Below the pieces are notes generated by a model. That model had not been told where the DNA came from. It made no database searches and saw nothing but the letters and a program-made list of their open reading frames with translations. This document shows, one piece after another, positions 45,826-56,150 of a DNA stretch of 64,000 bases (positions within the stretch are counted from its first letter, which is position 1; each line of letters begins with the position of its first letter). This DNA is from a virus. Lineage: Duplodnaviria; Caudoviricetes. The DNA lies in the IMG/VR virus record IMGVR_UViG_3300028591_006041, positions 1 to 64,000 of that record; one strand, given 5' to 3'. The translations under genes were made by a program, and so were the position numbers.

Positions 45826-48800
45826 CTAAAATGGCACCTCGTTGCCAAATAAATCTAACTTATTGTCATTATTGTTTTCTTCATTCTCATCATTCTCATT
45901 TTCTATGCTAAATATGTCATCTTTAAGTTTGTTTGTATTCTTTTGCTTAATCATAAATCTGTTATTTGAATTATCCTTTTCACTGTAATCATAATAATCA
46001 AATTCCTTATGTACAATATTTGGCAATTCACTAATGATATCTTCTAATTTGACCTTTGATGTATGCTCAAAATCTTTGAGTTCTTCTTCTACGTCATCTT
46101 TATTATTATCTTTTATATTATTTTCATCTATTAATTGTTCTAAGAAGAATGTCTTTGTATTTATATCACCATAAATATTGATTACATCCAATTTTGATTC
46201 CCATAATAACTCAAATGGCTTAATGTTTATTTTTCCATTTTTTGGCCTACTTTCAACAATTATTATTTTCCAATAATCTTGAATTATGTCAAATATCTTA
46301 GAAGCATATTCAATATCATCAATAACAACATCTTTAATAGAATTGCAATATTTACATGACCATTCTGCCAAAAACATATCAATATCTCCTCGAGTTGTTT
46401 CAGGATTTTCTTGTGCCCAATTCTTACAATCATATAAGAATCTCATTATTGGAAAATCCAAACGTTTTTTCTTTCTGTTATTTTCAATATTGACAAACAT
46501 TCTTATTCTGTTAAGTTTTGAAAAATTCAAACGATTAGATTTCAAATCAATACAATAATCATAGATTTCTCGAATTCTGTCACAATCATATGTTTTGTAA
46601 AGACTTAATATTATTGGTACATGTTTTTCAAGAATCTCAATATCATCAACATATAAGTCATTTTCTTCTCTTATTCTCTTATTGTCTTCATCAGTATCTT
46701 TATATATTGAATAATTTCCTTTCAATAATTCTCTATATAAGTCAATATTTCCATCAGATACATGACTAAGAAGTTTTCTAACTTTTATAGTATCTTCATT
46801 GAATTTAACATTTCGACAAGCCTTCATGAATTCTTCTAATTCTTCAACTTTATCTTCAGGAGTTTCTTTATCACTTTTCGATATTTTGACATCATATCCA
46901 TAATATTTGATTCCATTAATCATAACATTCAATTGTTTAGAATATTCAGAATATCTTTCTTCAAATACCTTCAATTTATAAGTAGTCTCATCAATATAAT
47001 ATTTGCAATCATTCTCATCATATTTAAGATATTTGTTTGTACTAAGTAATGAGCTTATAATTGGATTATATTTTGATTCTTCATAGTTTCTTTCTAACAT
47101 ATCATTACAAGTCTTAACTAAATCTCTTGCTGTCATCAAATCATTTTGACTAAAACTTAAGTCAAGTGGTTTAATATAATCATAATTCAATGGTAATCCA
47201 TTTTTATCGAATAATGGTAAATATATCTTAATATGTAAATTATTGTTTCTAATCCTATTTGCGAATTGTTCAATATCTTGAGGAATCCAAGTCTCATTGA
47301 AATATATTACAAAATCATAAGGATCACAAATATCTACTCCTACACTTAAATAAGTTGAACAAAATATTATATCATTATTTCCAATTGTCTTATTTATGTT
47401 TATATTATCCATTGACTCTTCACCATATTGTGATTTCTTATAATAGAATTTTTTCAGTTCTCTTGGAAATTCCATTTCATTCAATATTTTTTGAATCATT
47501 CCGGTTATTTGCTCATAATATAATATTCCGCGATTTGTTGGAAATAATATTTTTTTACCTTCTTTTATATTTTGTGCCATATCTACACACATGTCTCTAA
47601 TTTGTTCTGTAGATGATGGTACTAAATTGATTATGCATTCTTTAACTCTTAAGTCTTCCTTTTTCACTTTAATATGTTTGATATTTGGAAAGAATAGCAT
47701 TTCTCCTGTTGGTGTTCCACTCATCATAATTATCTTAGCTTTACAATTTGCTAAACGTTGAATACATGGTCCCATAACTTCTCGATAAGATGATGTAAAC
47801 AATAAATGAGACTCATCTATAACTATATATTTGAAATTTGCGGCATCCAACTCATAAACATTCAAATGAGAAAACTTATCAATAGTCATAGACATATTTT
47901 GATTTCCCATAATGTCACTTAATGTAGGTTTTTTATTTCCATAAAAATACAACCAATCTTTTGTTACACTTGATGCTTCAACTTTAGCTTTAATAGTTGA
48001 TGTGAATGGTAATATAAGTAATGTTTTGTCTTTTAGAGACTTAATCATTTCTGTCTTACCATATCCTGCACCTGCCTCTAATAGAGTTATATGATCCAAA
48101 TTTTTCACAATTTCATCTTTTATGTCACTAAGATATTGATCTTTAGTAATTGTCAATATTGTTTGATTTGTTTTATCATTCAATATTTTTATTGGATCAA
48201 TTTTATTGTCTAAATTTTTTATCTCATTTTCTATTTGAGTTAAGTTGACATTATCAATATCTTTCTTAATCTTTATATTGAATCCATGTTGGTTATTAAG
48301 CTCATTGATAGCCCAAGTTGTCATTGGTTTATGATGTATTGCTGCAGTCTTTATATCTCCTTTCAATTCCCTCATAGATACATCTTTACATATACTGCAT
48401 ATTATCTTAAATGCTTTTTGTTCACCAAATAATGATGTAAGAGTATTAGCCAATTGCCATCTATGGAAGTGTTTGTAGTGTTTGCTACCTTTTGACTTAC
48501 TTAAATCATAATTTATGTCTTTATCAATATTTTCTAATTCAATATTTGTACTATCATTGAAGTCATCATTACTAAACCAATCCAATTTACTAAATATGTT
48601 TTTCAAATCAGGATGAGATATCCAATTTATTGACTCAACACCATTGTTCAAAGCTGACTCAAAGTTGATATCTAATCTTAAATCATTGAAATTAGTTGAA
48701 AGATAAGCATTGTCTGAAGATATGAATATACCCTGTTGAGGTTTACCTACAGCCATATCCATATAATTGTATATAGATTCTTTGTTATATCCATATTTGT

Positions 48801-49449
48801 CACAATATTTCAATAACATAATATATACATAAGAATACTTATGCCTAAAATTGCATAGATATTCAATTCTTCTGTTCTCATATTTCACAGTTATTGGAGT
48901 TATCTTTGTCCAAACATGAAGAGATTTCTTAGATGCTGACCTACATATTCCTAAGAACCAATGAAATTTTGACAAATCATTAAACAAATCATCTTTCAAC
49001 TCATTAGATATGTTCTCATCTTTTATATCCAAGTCAATAATTTGAAGACCATTCCACATTTGATAAGCTATATCTCCAATTGGACGATTATTTGATGAAG
49101 TTGGAAATACCATATTACGATGAATCTTATCTATTTTTGAATAATCCTCATCATACATTAAATCATAAATTTCTTTCCAATTGAATATTCTACCAACTTT
49201 ATCATATATAGAATTTACAACCAAACATTCTATCAATTGTAGTTGATCATTATAGAATTCTTGTTGTTCTTCTTTAGAACATTTATCAAATAATATGTTT
49301 GAATATTTGTTTAAGTTTGAATTATAATCTATATTTATGTTTTCTTTAGAAATACAACTAAATGATTCTAAAATTTCAGATAATGACTTATTCTTAGTAT
49401 TATCATATAAGCTATTTATTTTCTTTATACCGTTATTCAAAACTGTCAT
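45826..49449 (-). CDS. Primase-like (VirE-N/BT4734-type) plus SF2 helicase fusion
   Basis: N-terminal WNGLQIIDLD...SASKKSLH primase-like motifs; helicase GAGYGKT, VIDESH, MSGTP, STYLSVGVDI, EQFANRIR. Confidence 0.75.
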   Translation of the reverse strand: MTVLNNGIKKINSLYDNTKNKSLSEILESFSCISKENINIDYNSNLNKYSNILFDKCSKEEQQEFYNDQLQLIECLVVNSIYDKVGRIFNWKEIYDLMYDEDYSKIDKIHRNMVFPTSSNNRPIGDIAYQMWNGLQIIDLDIKDENISNELKDDLFNDLSKFHWFLGICRSASKKSLHVWTKITPITVKYENRRIEYLCNFRHKYSYVYIMLLKYCDKYGYNKESIYNYMDMAVGKPQQGIFISSDNAYLSTNFNDLRLDINFESALNNGVESINWISHPDLKNIFSKLDWFSNDDFNDSTNIELENIDKDINYDLSKSKGSKHYKHFHRWQLANTLTSLFGEQKAFKIICSICKDVSMRELKGDIKTAAIHHKPMTTWAINELNNQHGFNIKIKKDIDNVNLTQIENEIKNLDNKIDPIKILNDKTNQTILTITKDQYLSDIKDEIVKNLDHITLLEAGAGYGKTEMIKSLKDKTLLILPFTSTIKAKVEASSVTKDWLYFYGNKKPTLSDIMGNQNMSMTIDKFSHLNVYELDAANFKYIVIDESHLLFTSSYREVMGPCIQRLANCKAKIIMMSGTPTGEMLFFPNIKHIKVKKEDLRVKECIINLVPSSTEQIRDMCVDMAQNIKEGKKILFPTNRGILYYEQITGMIQKILNEMEFPRELKKFYYKKSQYGEESMDNININKTIGNNDIIFCSTYLSVGVDICDPYDFVIYFNETWIPQDIEQFANRIRNNNLHIKIYLPLFDKNGLPLNYDYIKPLDLSFSQNDLMTARDLVKTCNDMLERNYEESKYNPIISSLLSTNKYLKYDENDCKYYIDETTYKLKVFEERYSEYSKQLNVMINGIKYYGYDVKISKSDKETPEDKVEELEEFMKACRNVKFNEDTIKVRKLLSHVSDGNIDLYRELLKGNYSIYKDTDEDNKRIREENDLYVDDIEILEKHVPIILSLYKTYDCDRIREIYDYCIDLKSNRLNFSKLNRIRMFVNIENNRKKKRLDFPIMRFLYDCKNWAQENPETTRGDIDMFLAEWSCKYCNSIKDVVIDDIEYASKIFDIIQDYWKIIIVESRPKNGKINIKPFELLWESKLDVINIYGDINTKTFFLEQLIDENNIKDNNKDDVEEELKDFEHTSKVKLEDIISELPNIVHKEFDYYDYSEKDNSNNRFMIKQKNTNKLKDDIFSIENENDENEENNNDNKLDLFGNEVPF

Positions 49450-49538
49450 TAAAAATATAATTAATTAAATATAGTTAACTATTTGACAAAGATTCCTATT
49501 AAAAATATTTTTTATTTCGATTATTTTTTATGATTTTA

Positions 49539-49566
49539 TTGAATTTTTTCATTTAATAACTATATT
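49539..49566 (+). promoter_or_regulatory. Putative early/middle promoter TTGAAT-N16-TATATT pointing into the repeat array
   Basis: Consensus match including the AAC before TATATT; the only clear plus-strand copy noticed. Confidence 0.6.
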
Positions 49567-49587
49567 ATATATGTAATTAATTTATAT

Positions 49588-49845
49588 ATGTTAAACTTTT
49601 AATGGTCTCTAAAATATGTTAATCCGTAACAAATCAGATCCCAGGCATTAAGGATTATTAATTAAATTTTTAGATGAATATAGCTTAATGTTTAACCTTT
49701 TAAAACCGCGGAGATTATGGTAATTCGCAACAAATCAGATCCCAAATACTAAGAATTATTATTTAAATTTTTAGATGAATATAGCTTAATGTTTAACCTT
49801 TTAAAACCGCGGAGATTATGGTAATTCGCAACAAATCAGATCCCA
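49588..49845 (+). repeat. 101-bp tandem repeat array (two near-identical units plus one degenerate partial unit)
   Basis: AACAAATCAGATCCCA starts at 49628, 49729 and 49830; 49662-49744 and 49763-49845 are identical over 83 nt. Confidence 0.95.
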
Positions 49846-49892
49846 ATTAAACATAATAATTTTTTATAATTCAATATTAATATTTATTTTAC

Positions 49893-49920
49893 AAGGAGCT
49901 CACTAAGGGCTCCTTTTTAT
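49893..49920 (+). terminator. Intrinsic terminator closing the repeat unit
   Basis: AAGGAGCT-cactaag-GGCTCCTT followed by a T-rich tract. Confidence 0.8.
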
Positions 49921-49949
49921 TTTTATATAAAATATAGTTATTTATATAA

Positions 49950-50828
49950 ATGCCTTGCAATACAATTAATCAAAAAATAAATAACATTAATATTGATGAA
50001 ACTCAAAACAATTCTTCTCAATCAATGGAAGAATTTTTGAAACTAAAACAACAACAAGAAGATCAAGTTGACTATCAATTCATACAAAGAATAATTCAAG
50101 AATTGACACAATCATGTGCATTACCTCTTCCAATTCCTGCAGCTTCAATTCCACCATTGATTATTCAGGCTGCTCAATGGTTTTGGGCTAATGATGATAG
50201 AATGATTAATGAAAGATATTTTGTAGTTCGTAATAAAGATTTTTGTAGGAAATGCAGTAATACAATTATCAAATTACCACCTCAAATTCTTAGTGTATTT
50301 GGAGTATATAAAGTTCATCCTAATTATTATTATGGAGCAATGGGAGATTTTTCACTTGAACGTATGGTAATTAATAATACTGTTTTAGCTTCTGGCGCAG
50401 GTGGATCATTATCAGATACTTATGGAATGGGAACAGGATATAACCTTACCGATATGATGGCAGGGCTCTATGAAATACAAACTTTTAAAGCTATGTTTGA
50501 TGTTCCTTTGACATTCAATTACAATGAATTTTCAAATGAGTTAGTAATACTTGGACAGTTAGGAGTTTCTGATGTAGTATTACAAACATTTACAAGATGT
50601 AAAATTCAAGATATGTATAAAGATTATTATTTCTTTAGACTTTGTGTATGTTTTGGATTAAGAAGTATGGCTACTATTATGGGTGCTTTTGAGTTTAGAT
50701 TACCCGGTGGTACTACAATAAACTATTCTACATTTAGAGAAATGGCTGAAACTGAAATAGATAAGATAGAAGAATGGGTAGTTAAAAATCATTCTACTGA
50801 CTATTTCTTCAATTCGAATACAATTTAA
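49950..50828 (+). CDS. Neck/head-completion protein, T4 gp13-like
   Basis: IKLPPQILSVFGV, FNYNEFSNELVILG, and FEFRLPGGTTINY...AETEIDKIEE (LPGG motif). Confidence 0.8.
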   Translation: MPCNTINQKINNINIDETQNNSSQSMEEFLKLKQQQEDQVDYQFIQRIIQELTQSCALPLPIPAASIPPLIIQAAQWFWANDDRMINERYFVVRNKDFCRKCSNTIIKLPPQILSVFGVYKVHPNYYYGAMGDFSLERMVINNTVLASGAGGSLSDTYGMGTGYNLTDMMAGLYEIQTFKAMFDVPLTFNYNEFSNELVILGQLGVSDVVLQTFTRCKIQDMYKDYYFFRLCVCFGLRSMATIMGAFEFRLPGGTTINYSTFREMAETEIDKIEEWVVKNHSTDYFFNSNTI

Positions 50829-50914
50829 AATTGAAGAAGAATTTCATAATTTCTTCAATTCTAATACAATTTAAGAAACAATTTTATTATTTCTTCAATT
50901 CAAATACAATTTAA
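50803..50914 (+). repeat. Three copies of a 26-bp sequence duplicating the 3' end of the neck gene
   Basis: ATTTCTTCAATTC(G/T/A)AATACAATTTAA at 50803, 50849 and 50889; gaps of 20 and 14 nt. Confidence 0.92.
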
Positions 50915-50919
50915 AGAAA

Positions 50920-50945
50920 AAAGGAGATACTTAAGTATCTCCTTT
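50920..50945. terminator. Bidirectional terminator (palindrome)
   Basis: AAAGGAGATACTTAAGTATCTCCTTT between convergent genes. Confidence 0.85.
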
Positions 50946-53900
50946 ATTCATTAATGAATATGTATGGTATAGATTCCCAATCAGCATCTTTGACAAATAC
51001 ATGACATACCCCAAACATATGGATATCCCATAAAGTTGTATTAGATGATGGACTAGGTGTAGAAGTAAAGAATGTATTTCCATTTCCACTAAGTAAATCA
51101 GATTTACAATAAGGTTTATATTCATCGTGACTGGTAAGCTCAAGGAATATATCTGAGTATTTCTTAAAGTTAAACATCATAAATAATACATTAGGAACAG
51201 ATGGTATAAACCAATCTCCTTGATTAGTTGACACTGTATGATATCTCCATGCACAAGCTACAGCTGGTGAGAATTTTTTATCTTTAGGATTTGGCATTGG
51301 ATGATCACTACTATATTGTTCTGTACGCCAATTTGGATATAGATTCTCATCAAAATTATCAATAATTATTCTATTATTTTCTAATCCATTCCAATTAGAT
51401 AATGCACAATTATTATCAAACATATTTGTATTGAATGTATCATCATCATTTAATATATTTATACAACAATTATTACGTACTGATGGGTCTCTTGTCCACA
51501 TTCTATTATTTGGTGCTGGCCATCTTGGAGTTCCATCTGAATTACACCAAGGTCTAGGAGAACCATTATCATATAATGCTATATCTGTTTGAGGACATAA
51601 ATGAGTTGAAGAACTTGTACCAGTTTCATTATAAAAACATATTTTAGTATATCCAGGTAATCCATCAATATAATGTCCTGACATACCAAAATATGGACGT
51701 TCATTTATAGTTTCAGCGCCTATTTCTGTTCTTCCATGATCAGGATTAAATAATGATAATCTAGTAAGACCCATATATAATGCAGGAGAGCCTTCTTCAA
51801 AATAATTTGCATTGACTACTTTAATACCAATTGGATGATATCCTATAGATGGATCTAATATATTAGTAGTATATATTCTTTCTCCATTATTATTTTCATA
51901 CATTATCTTAAAGTCACTTATAACAGTATTTATATTATAACTTTCTTTAGGTATAACATATTCTTTTATTTTAGGATAATATATGCTTTCAATATTATTG
52001 TTTATTTTATAAATAGCTTTTGTCTCATATTGATAACCATCTAATCCACTTATTGTATAATTAAGTCTTACATCATAATAACCAGGATCATAAAAACCAT
52101 CCATATTGTTATTGTTTATTATTGCCAAATTAGTATTTTGATATACATTCAAATTATATTTTGTATCATATATCTTGCTAATTTCCCATTTAGTATTCAA
52201 ATCTATATTGAATTGCAAATCATTATTATATACCCCAACTACAACTAAGTCATTCTTATTGAAATGATTGAGTCCATTTGTAGGAATTACATTCATTCTG
52301 TTAACTAAAAATTTTTGAGTATTATAACCAGTATATCTTATTTTATAGTTATCAAATACATATTCTGTTTTTTGTAATTCTAATAAAGAATCATCATTAT
52401 AATTTCCTATAGGATATCTTGATATGAATACAATATACCAATAAGGTATCTTTCCATCTTCAGTTATATTTGGATTGTCATGCATCAAATAAGCATCATA
52501 TTGTACCGCTTCTTCAATTATACCTTTGAAATTAGTATTTTCAAATAAATCATCATATAATTCCTGATTGAATGGATTTCCATCATATTGAACCTTTTGA
52601 TTAGTTGACTTATCATATAGTTCAAATAAATGAATCTTATTGAAGTAATTCTTATTATAAGGAATTTGAATTTTGTTCTTATAATATCTCAAATAGAATT
52701 CTTGCATTCTTCTATTTGTATTATCATTGTCTTCATCATTCTTATCTTTAATATCTGCCAGTTTCTCAATAAATGTCAATACATTATCTGTATCTTTATC
52801 ATAGAATAATGTATCAATTGATACCAAATTAGGTTGATACATAAATGAGTTGAATATTAAATTAGGATGTTGTTGAGATAATTGTTTGAACATAGATATC
52901 TCATCCTTCAAATAATATTGGTATTTCAATTTACCAAATTCGAGATATATGCTTGGTACATTTATAGTAAAGTCATAATAGAACCACTTATTATTTACAA
53001 ATACAGATAATCTATACTCACAATTAAGCCAATCCATTTTACTAAGATTGTTTTTCTTATTAAGATATCTTGGCAATATGATATAATTATTGAAATAGTT
53101 TTCTGGTGTTTGATAGAAAATAAAGTCATTATCTTCTACCAAAATATGACTTTCTATATCATACCTATCTTTTTTATCAACATATATACATTTTCCATTA
53201 TAATCAACATAATTTCTTTTTATGTTTTCATAATAGATATTATTTTCTAATGTAAAGTCATCTATGAATTGATTGTAGAATTTATCTTTATATTTGTATT
53301 TTCCATCTATATATATGTATTTTCCCGTGTCTGATTGAGTTCTTTTTATACATGATAATATCAATTTACATTTAAACAATCCTGATGATATTTTAGTATA
53401 ACGGTTATATAATATTTCATTTGTTTCTATATCTTTGAATGCATATATTGTCTTATCATATTTAGATACTCTAAAATGTGTTGCTAATTTTAGATCATTT
53501 GTTTCTTCTAATGATATTGTATTATTATCTAATTTACTACTAAATAATTTATATATCTTCATATATTCACCATAAGAAGTCTTTATATAATTTCCATATT
53601 CATATTCAGAATATAATGAGTTATTGTCAATTATTCTTATAGGAATATAAATACAGTTCTCATTAATTAAATACAAGTCTTCATTAGAATAATTTTCATT
53701 ATAATTTGAAAATTCATTAAAGTTTGAATCAATATAATGTTGAGACTTATAAAATAGAAGTTTATTATAAGATGGAAATTCTACTCGTATATTGTCATTT
53801 GTCACAAATATTGGAGTAGCAGTATTCAATATCATAGGATTAGATGTCAACTTAATTGTGTTAGCATAAACTTTATAGTTTATAGATGCTCGTTTTATCT

Positions 53901-56076
53901 TAATATGAATTGGTAAGAAATAAGTTTGCCAATAATATTTAAGGGCATCTAATTTAAGCGCCATTTCAGTAAATATGAATCTATAATAAGGTTTATAGAA
54001 TGATATGTCATCATGAACAACTTCTACATTTTTCTTAAATAAATCTTCTAATATAGGTTTTCCTTCACCTATTAATTGATTAGAATAATTTTGATCATAT
54101 TTTTCTCCTGTCTCAATATTGCCATTCATTGTTAAGGAAATAAGATTTGTAGTATTAAAATATTTGAAGGTAGATTTCATATCATTCTCAACATTGAAAT
54201 AATCTAATACATATTGGTCAAATATGTCATTATCTGTTTTCAATAATTTGCTAATTGTTAAATGATTATGCCATCCAAACCATTTAAGTGAATTTATTAC
54301 TGATTTGAAATTTCCACATTCTCCTTTTATTGACATATAATTCATTAATAGCTCTTTCATTTTTTGTTTTAAAAGTTCTTCATTAGGATATAAAGATTCA
54401 AAAGAACTATCATAGAATGCTCTTAATATGTCTTTAGGTAAATTAATACCCATATTTTTTCCATTAATTATAAGTGGTTCACATTCATCAACAAAAGTGC
54501 AACCAACAGTAATAGGTGTATATTTTGTTTTATATACATATTCTTCTATTTCAATTGTATCATTAGTTAATTGACTTATTATAGAATTATCTACATCAAA
54601 CCAAATATCTCTTATCGCATCATTATACAAATATTGAGTTGGTTTAAGTTCTAAACTATAACCACCATTTTCATCTCTTGGAAAAATTTCATGATTTCTG
54701 TATTGACTAAATTCTGTCGATTTAAAGTCATATTCTATTCCATCATATTCATATCTTGTAAATGTTGTTTCACCGTCCTTTTGATTACCGCTTTCATTTA
54801 TAATTTTATGTTTTTCTGTAAAAAATTTACCACCATATACTGGAAAAAATTGATCATAATATATACGTTTAACTGTTTCAATCAAATTATTCATTGTGTT
54901 TTTATATTCACTGGCTGCATCAGGACCAACCATTGTAATCCACCATTCACCATTAGAATATTCCATCATATCATATGATGTAATAGGAATGTCATCATCA
55001 TAACTATATGAAATACTTAATTTATATTGTTTTCCATCATATTCAATAATATTTTCATCTGCAATTTCTTGTAAGCTTTTTACATTTACATTTAAAGATT
55101 CAATATTAGGATATTCATCATAAATTAAATATTCTTTATTATATCCATTGCTTGGATATGAATTGTTACCATCATAATTTATTCTTAATACACTTCCACA
55201 TTCTCTACATCCATATTTTATTTTTCCAATAAATTTATATTTATCATCATTTTTCAACCATTTGTTTTTAGGTAATTTAAATATGATTTGATATATATCA
55301 TTAGGTAAATTTGACCAAAAATTTATTCTGAATTTTTGATCAGGAACATTAGCATCATTAGAATCAAATTTAGTAGATAATATTTTATTATTGTTTTTAT
55401 ATAATATTTCTACTGATTCTGGATTAAATTCATTTTTGATAGTATACCACTGTTCATAATTATTAGAATTTTCATTATATTTAAGAATATTTATATTGGA
55501 AAATGTTTCTTTAATTATTTTATTGAATACTTGTTCTTTTGTATATACTACTGTTTTCTTTTCTTCTGTTTTTGAATTTATCTTAATCATTATGTTTGAA
55601 AGATAAGTACCCTCAAACTTAGATCTACCTATAACATAAAATGGAAATAAATAAAATTTCTTACCTTTATCCTCTACAATTAAATTTTGTGTATTATCAT
55701 AAAAATCAAAATAAAAATCATCTAAAGTCAATATAGTCTTACATTCATTAAAATCAATTAATAAGCTTTCATTAATATTTGATTTTTGTTCTAATTTTTC
55801 TTGTATATATTTTGGACCAATTAATTTAAACACACTTGATTGAATGCTTATTTCAATATCAAATGGTTTTGTCAAATGATCATTTTCATCTTCTTCAAAT
55901 GATATTTCATTTTCGTTAATTATAAATCTAATTGGTTTTATATAAAAATTATTTACAGAAACTTCATTATCTTTTAACCAAAATATATAATCATTTTCTT
56001 TATATTTATATAAAACAGGATTATCATCATATGTTTGTAAACTAAAAACATGTCCTGTACTATCTATGAACTCCAT
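50944..56076 (-). CDS. Very large putative virion protein with C-terminal DUF1566/C-type-lectin-like domain
   Basis: 1710 aa; late-motif variant upstream; C-terminal PAVACAWRY...GDWFIPS...FFTSTP...LWDIH resembles the GDWYLPS..EL...WSST..AW pattern. Confidence 0.6.
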   Translation of the reverse strand: MEFIDSTGHVFSLQTYDDNPVLYKYKENDYIFWLKDNEVSVNNFYIKPIRFIINENEISFEEDENDHLTKPFDIEISIQSSVFKLIGPKYIQEKLEQKSNINESLLIDFNECKTILTLDDFYFDFYDNTQNLIVEDKGKKFYLFPFYVIGRSKFEGTYLSNIMIKINSKTEEKKTVVYTKEQVFNKIIKETFSNINILKYNENSNNYEQWYTIKNEFNPESVEILYKNNNKILSTKFDSNDANVPDQKFRINFWSNLPNDIYQIIFKLPKNKWLKNDDKYKFIGKIKYGCRECGSVLRINYDGNNSYPSNGYNKEYLIYDEYPNIESLNVNVKSLQEIADENIIEYDGKQYKLSISYSYDDDIPITSYDMMEYSNGEWWITMVGPDAASEYKNTMNNLIETVKRIYYDQFFPVYGGKFFTEKHKIINESGNQKDGETTFTRYEYDGIEYDFKSTEFSQYRNHEIFPRDENGGYSLELKPTQYLYNDAIRDIWFDVDNSIISQLTNDTIEIEEYVYKTKYTPITVGCTFVDECEPLIINGKNMGINLPKDILRAFYDSSFESLYPNEELLKQKMKELLMNYMSIKGECGNFKSVINSLKWFGWHNHLTISKLLKTDNDIFDQYVLDYFNVENDMKSTFKYFNTTNLISLTMNGNIETGEKYDQNYSNQLIGEGKPILEDLFKKNVEVVHDDISFYKPYYRFIFTEMALKLDALKYYWQTYFLPIHIKIKRASINYKVYANTIKLTSNPMILNTATPIFVTNDNIRVEFPSYNKLLFYKSQHYIDSNFNEFSNYNENYSNEDLYLINENCIYIPIRIIDNNSLYSEYEYGNYIKTSYGEYMKIYKLFSSKLDNNTISLEETNDLKLATHFRVSKYDKTIYAFKDIETNEILYNRYTKISSGLFKCKLILSCIKRTQSDTGKYIYIDGKYKYKDKFYNQFIDDFTLENNIYYENIKRNYVDYNGKCIYVDKKDRYDIESHILVEDNDFIFYQTPENYFNNYIILPRYLNKKNNLSKMDWLNCEYRLSVFVNNKWFYYDFTINVPSIYLEFGKLKYQYYLKDEISMFKQLSQQHPNLIFNSFMYQPNLVSIDTLFYDKDTDNVLTFIEKLADIKDKNDEDNDNTNRRMQEFYLRYYKNKIQIPYNKNYFNKIHLFELYDKSTNQKVQYDGNPFNQELYDDLFENTNFKGIIEEAVQYDAYLMHDNPNITEDGKIPYWYIVFISRYPIGNYNDDSLLELQKTEYVFDNYKIRYTGYNTQKFLVNRMNVIPTNGLNHFNKNDLVVVGVYNNDLQFNIDLNTKWEISKIYDTKYNLNVYQNTNLAIINNNNMDGFYDPGYYDVRLNYTISGLDGYQYETKAIYKINNNIESIYYPKIKEYVIPKESYNINTVISDFKIMYENNNGERIYTTNILDPSIGYHPIGIKVVNANYFEEGSPALYMGLTRLSLFNPDHGRTEIGAETINERPYFGMSGHYIDGLPGYTKICFYNETGTSSSTHLCPQTDIALYDNGSPRPWCNSDGTPRWPAPNNRMWTRDPSVRNNCCINILNDDDTFNTNMFDNNCALSNWNGLENNRIIIDNFDENLYPNWRTEQYSSDHPMPNPKDKKFSPAVACAWRYHTVSTNQGDWFIPSVPNVLFMMFNFKKYSDIFLELTSHDEYKPYCKSDLLSGNGNTFFTSTPSPSSNTTLWDIHMFGVCHVFVKDADWESIPYIFINE

Positions 56077-56115
56077 ATACCTAAAATATTTATATATAAT
56101 TAAAAATAATTAGTT

Positions 56116-56128
56116 TATTTTTAATAAA
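56116..56128 (+). promoter_or_regulatory. Putative late promoter motif TATTTTTAATAAA
   Basis: Exact motif heading the run 56151-60783. Confidence 0.65.
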
Positions 56129-56150
56129 GCATAAATTTGTTATTTTACGT

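Noticed and set aside
49588-49845. CRISPR array
   Set aside because: The sequences between the conserved 16-mers are nearly identical to each other, so this is a tandem duplication rather than repeats with unique spacers.
50803-50914. Mini-CRISPR array
   Set aside because: Gaps are only 20 and 14 nt and unequal, the first copy is coding sequence, and there are no cas genes in the window.
50944-56076. Diversity-generating retroelement
   Set aside because: No reverse transcriptase and no template/variable repeat pair differing at adenines were found in the window.
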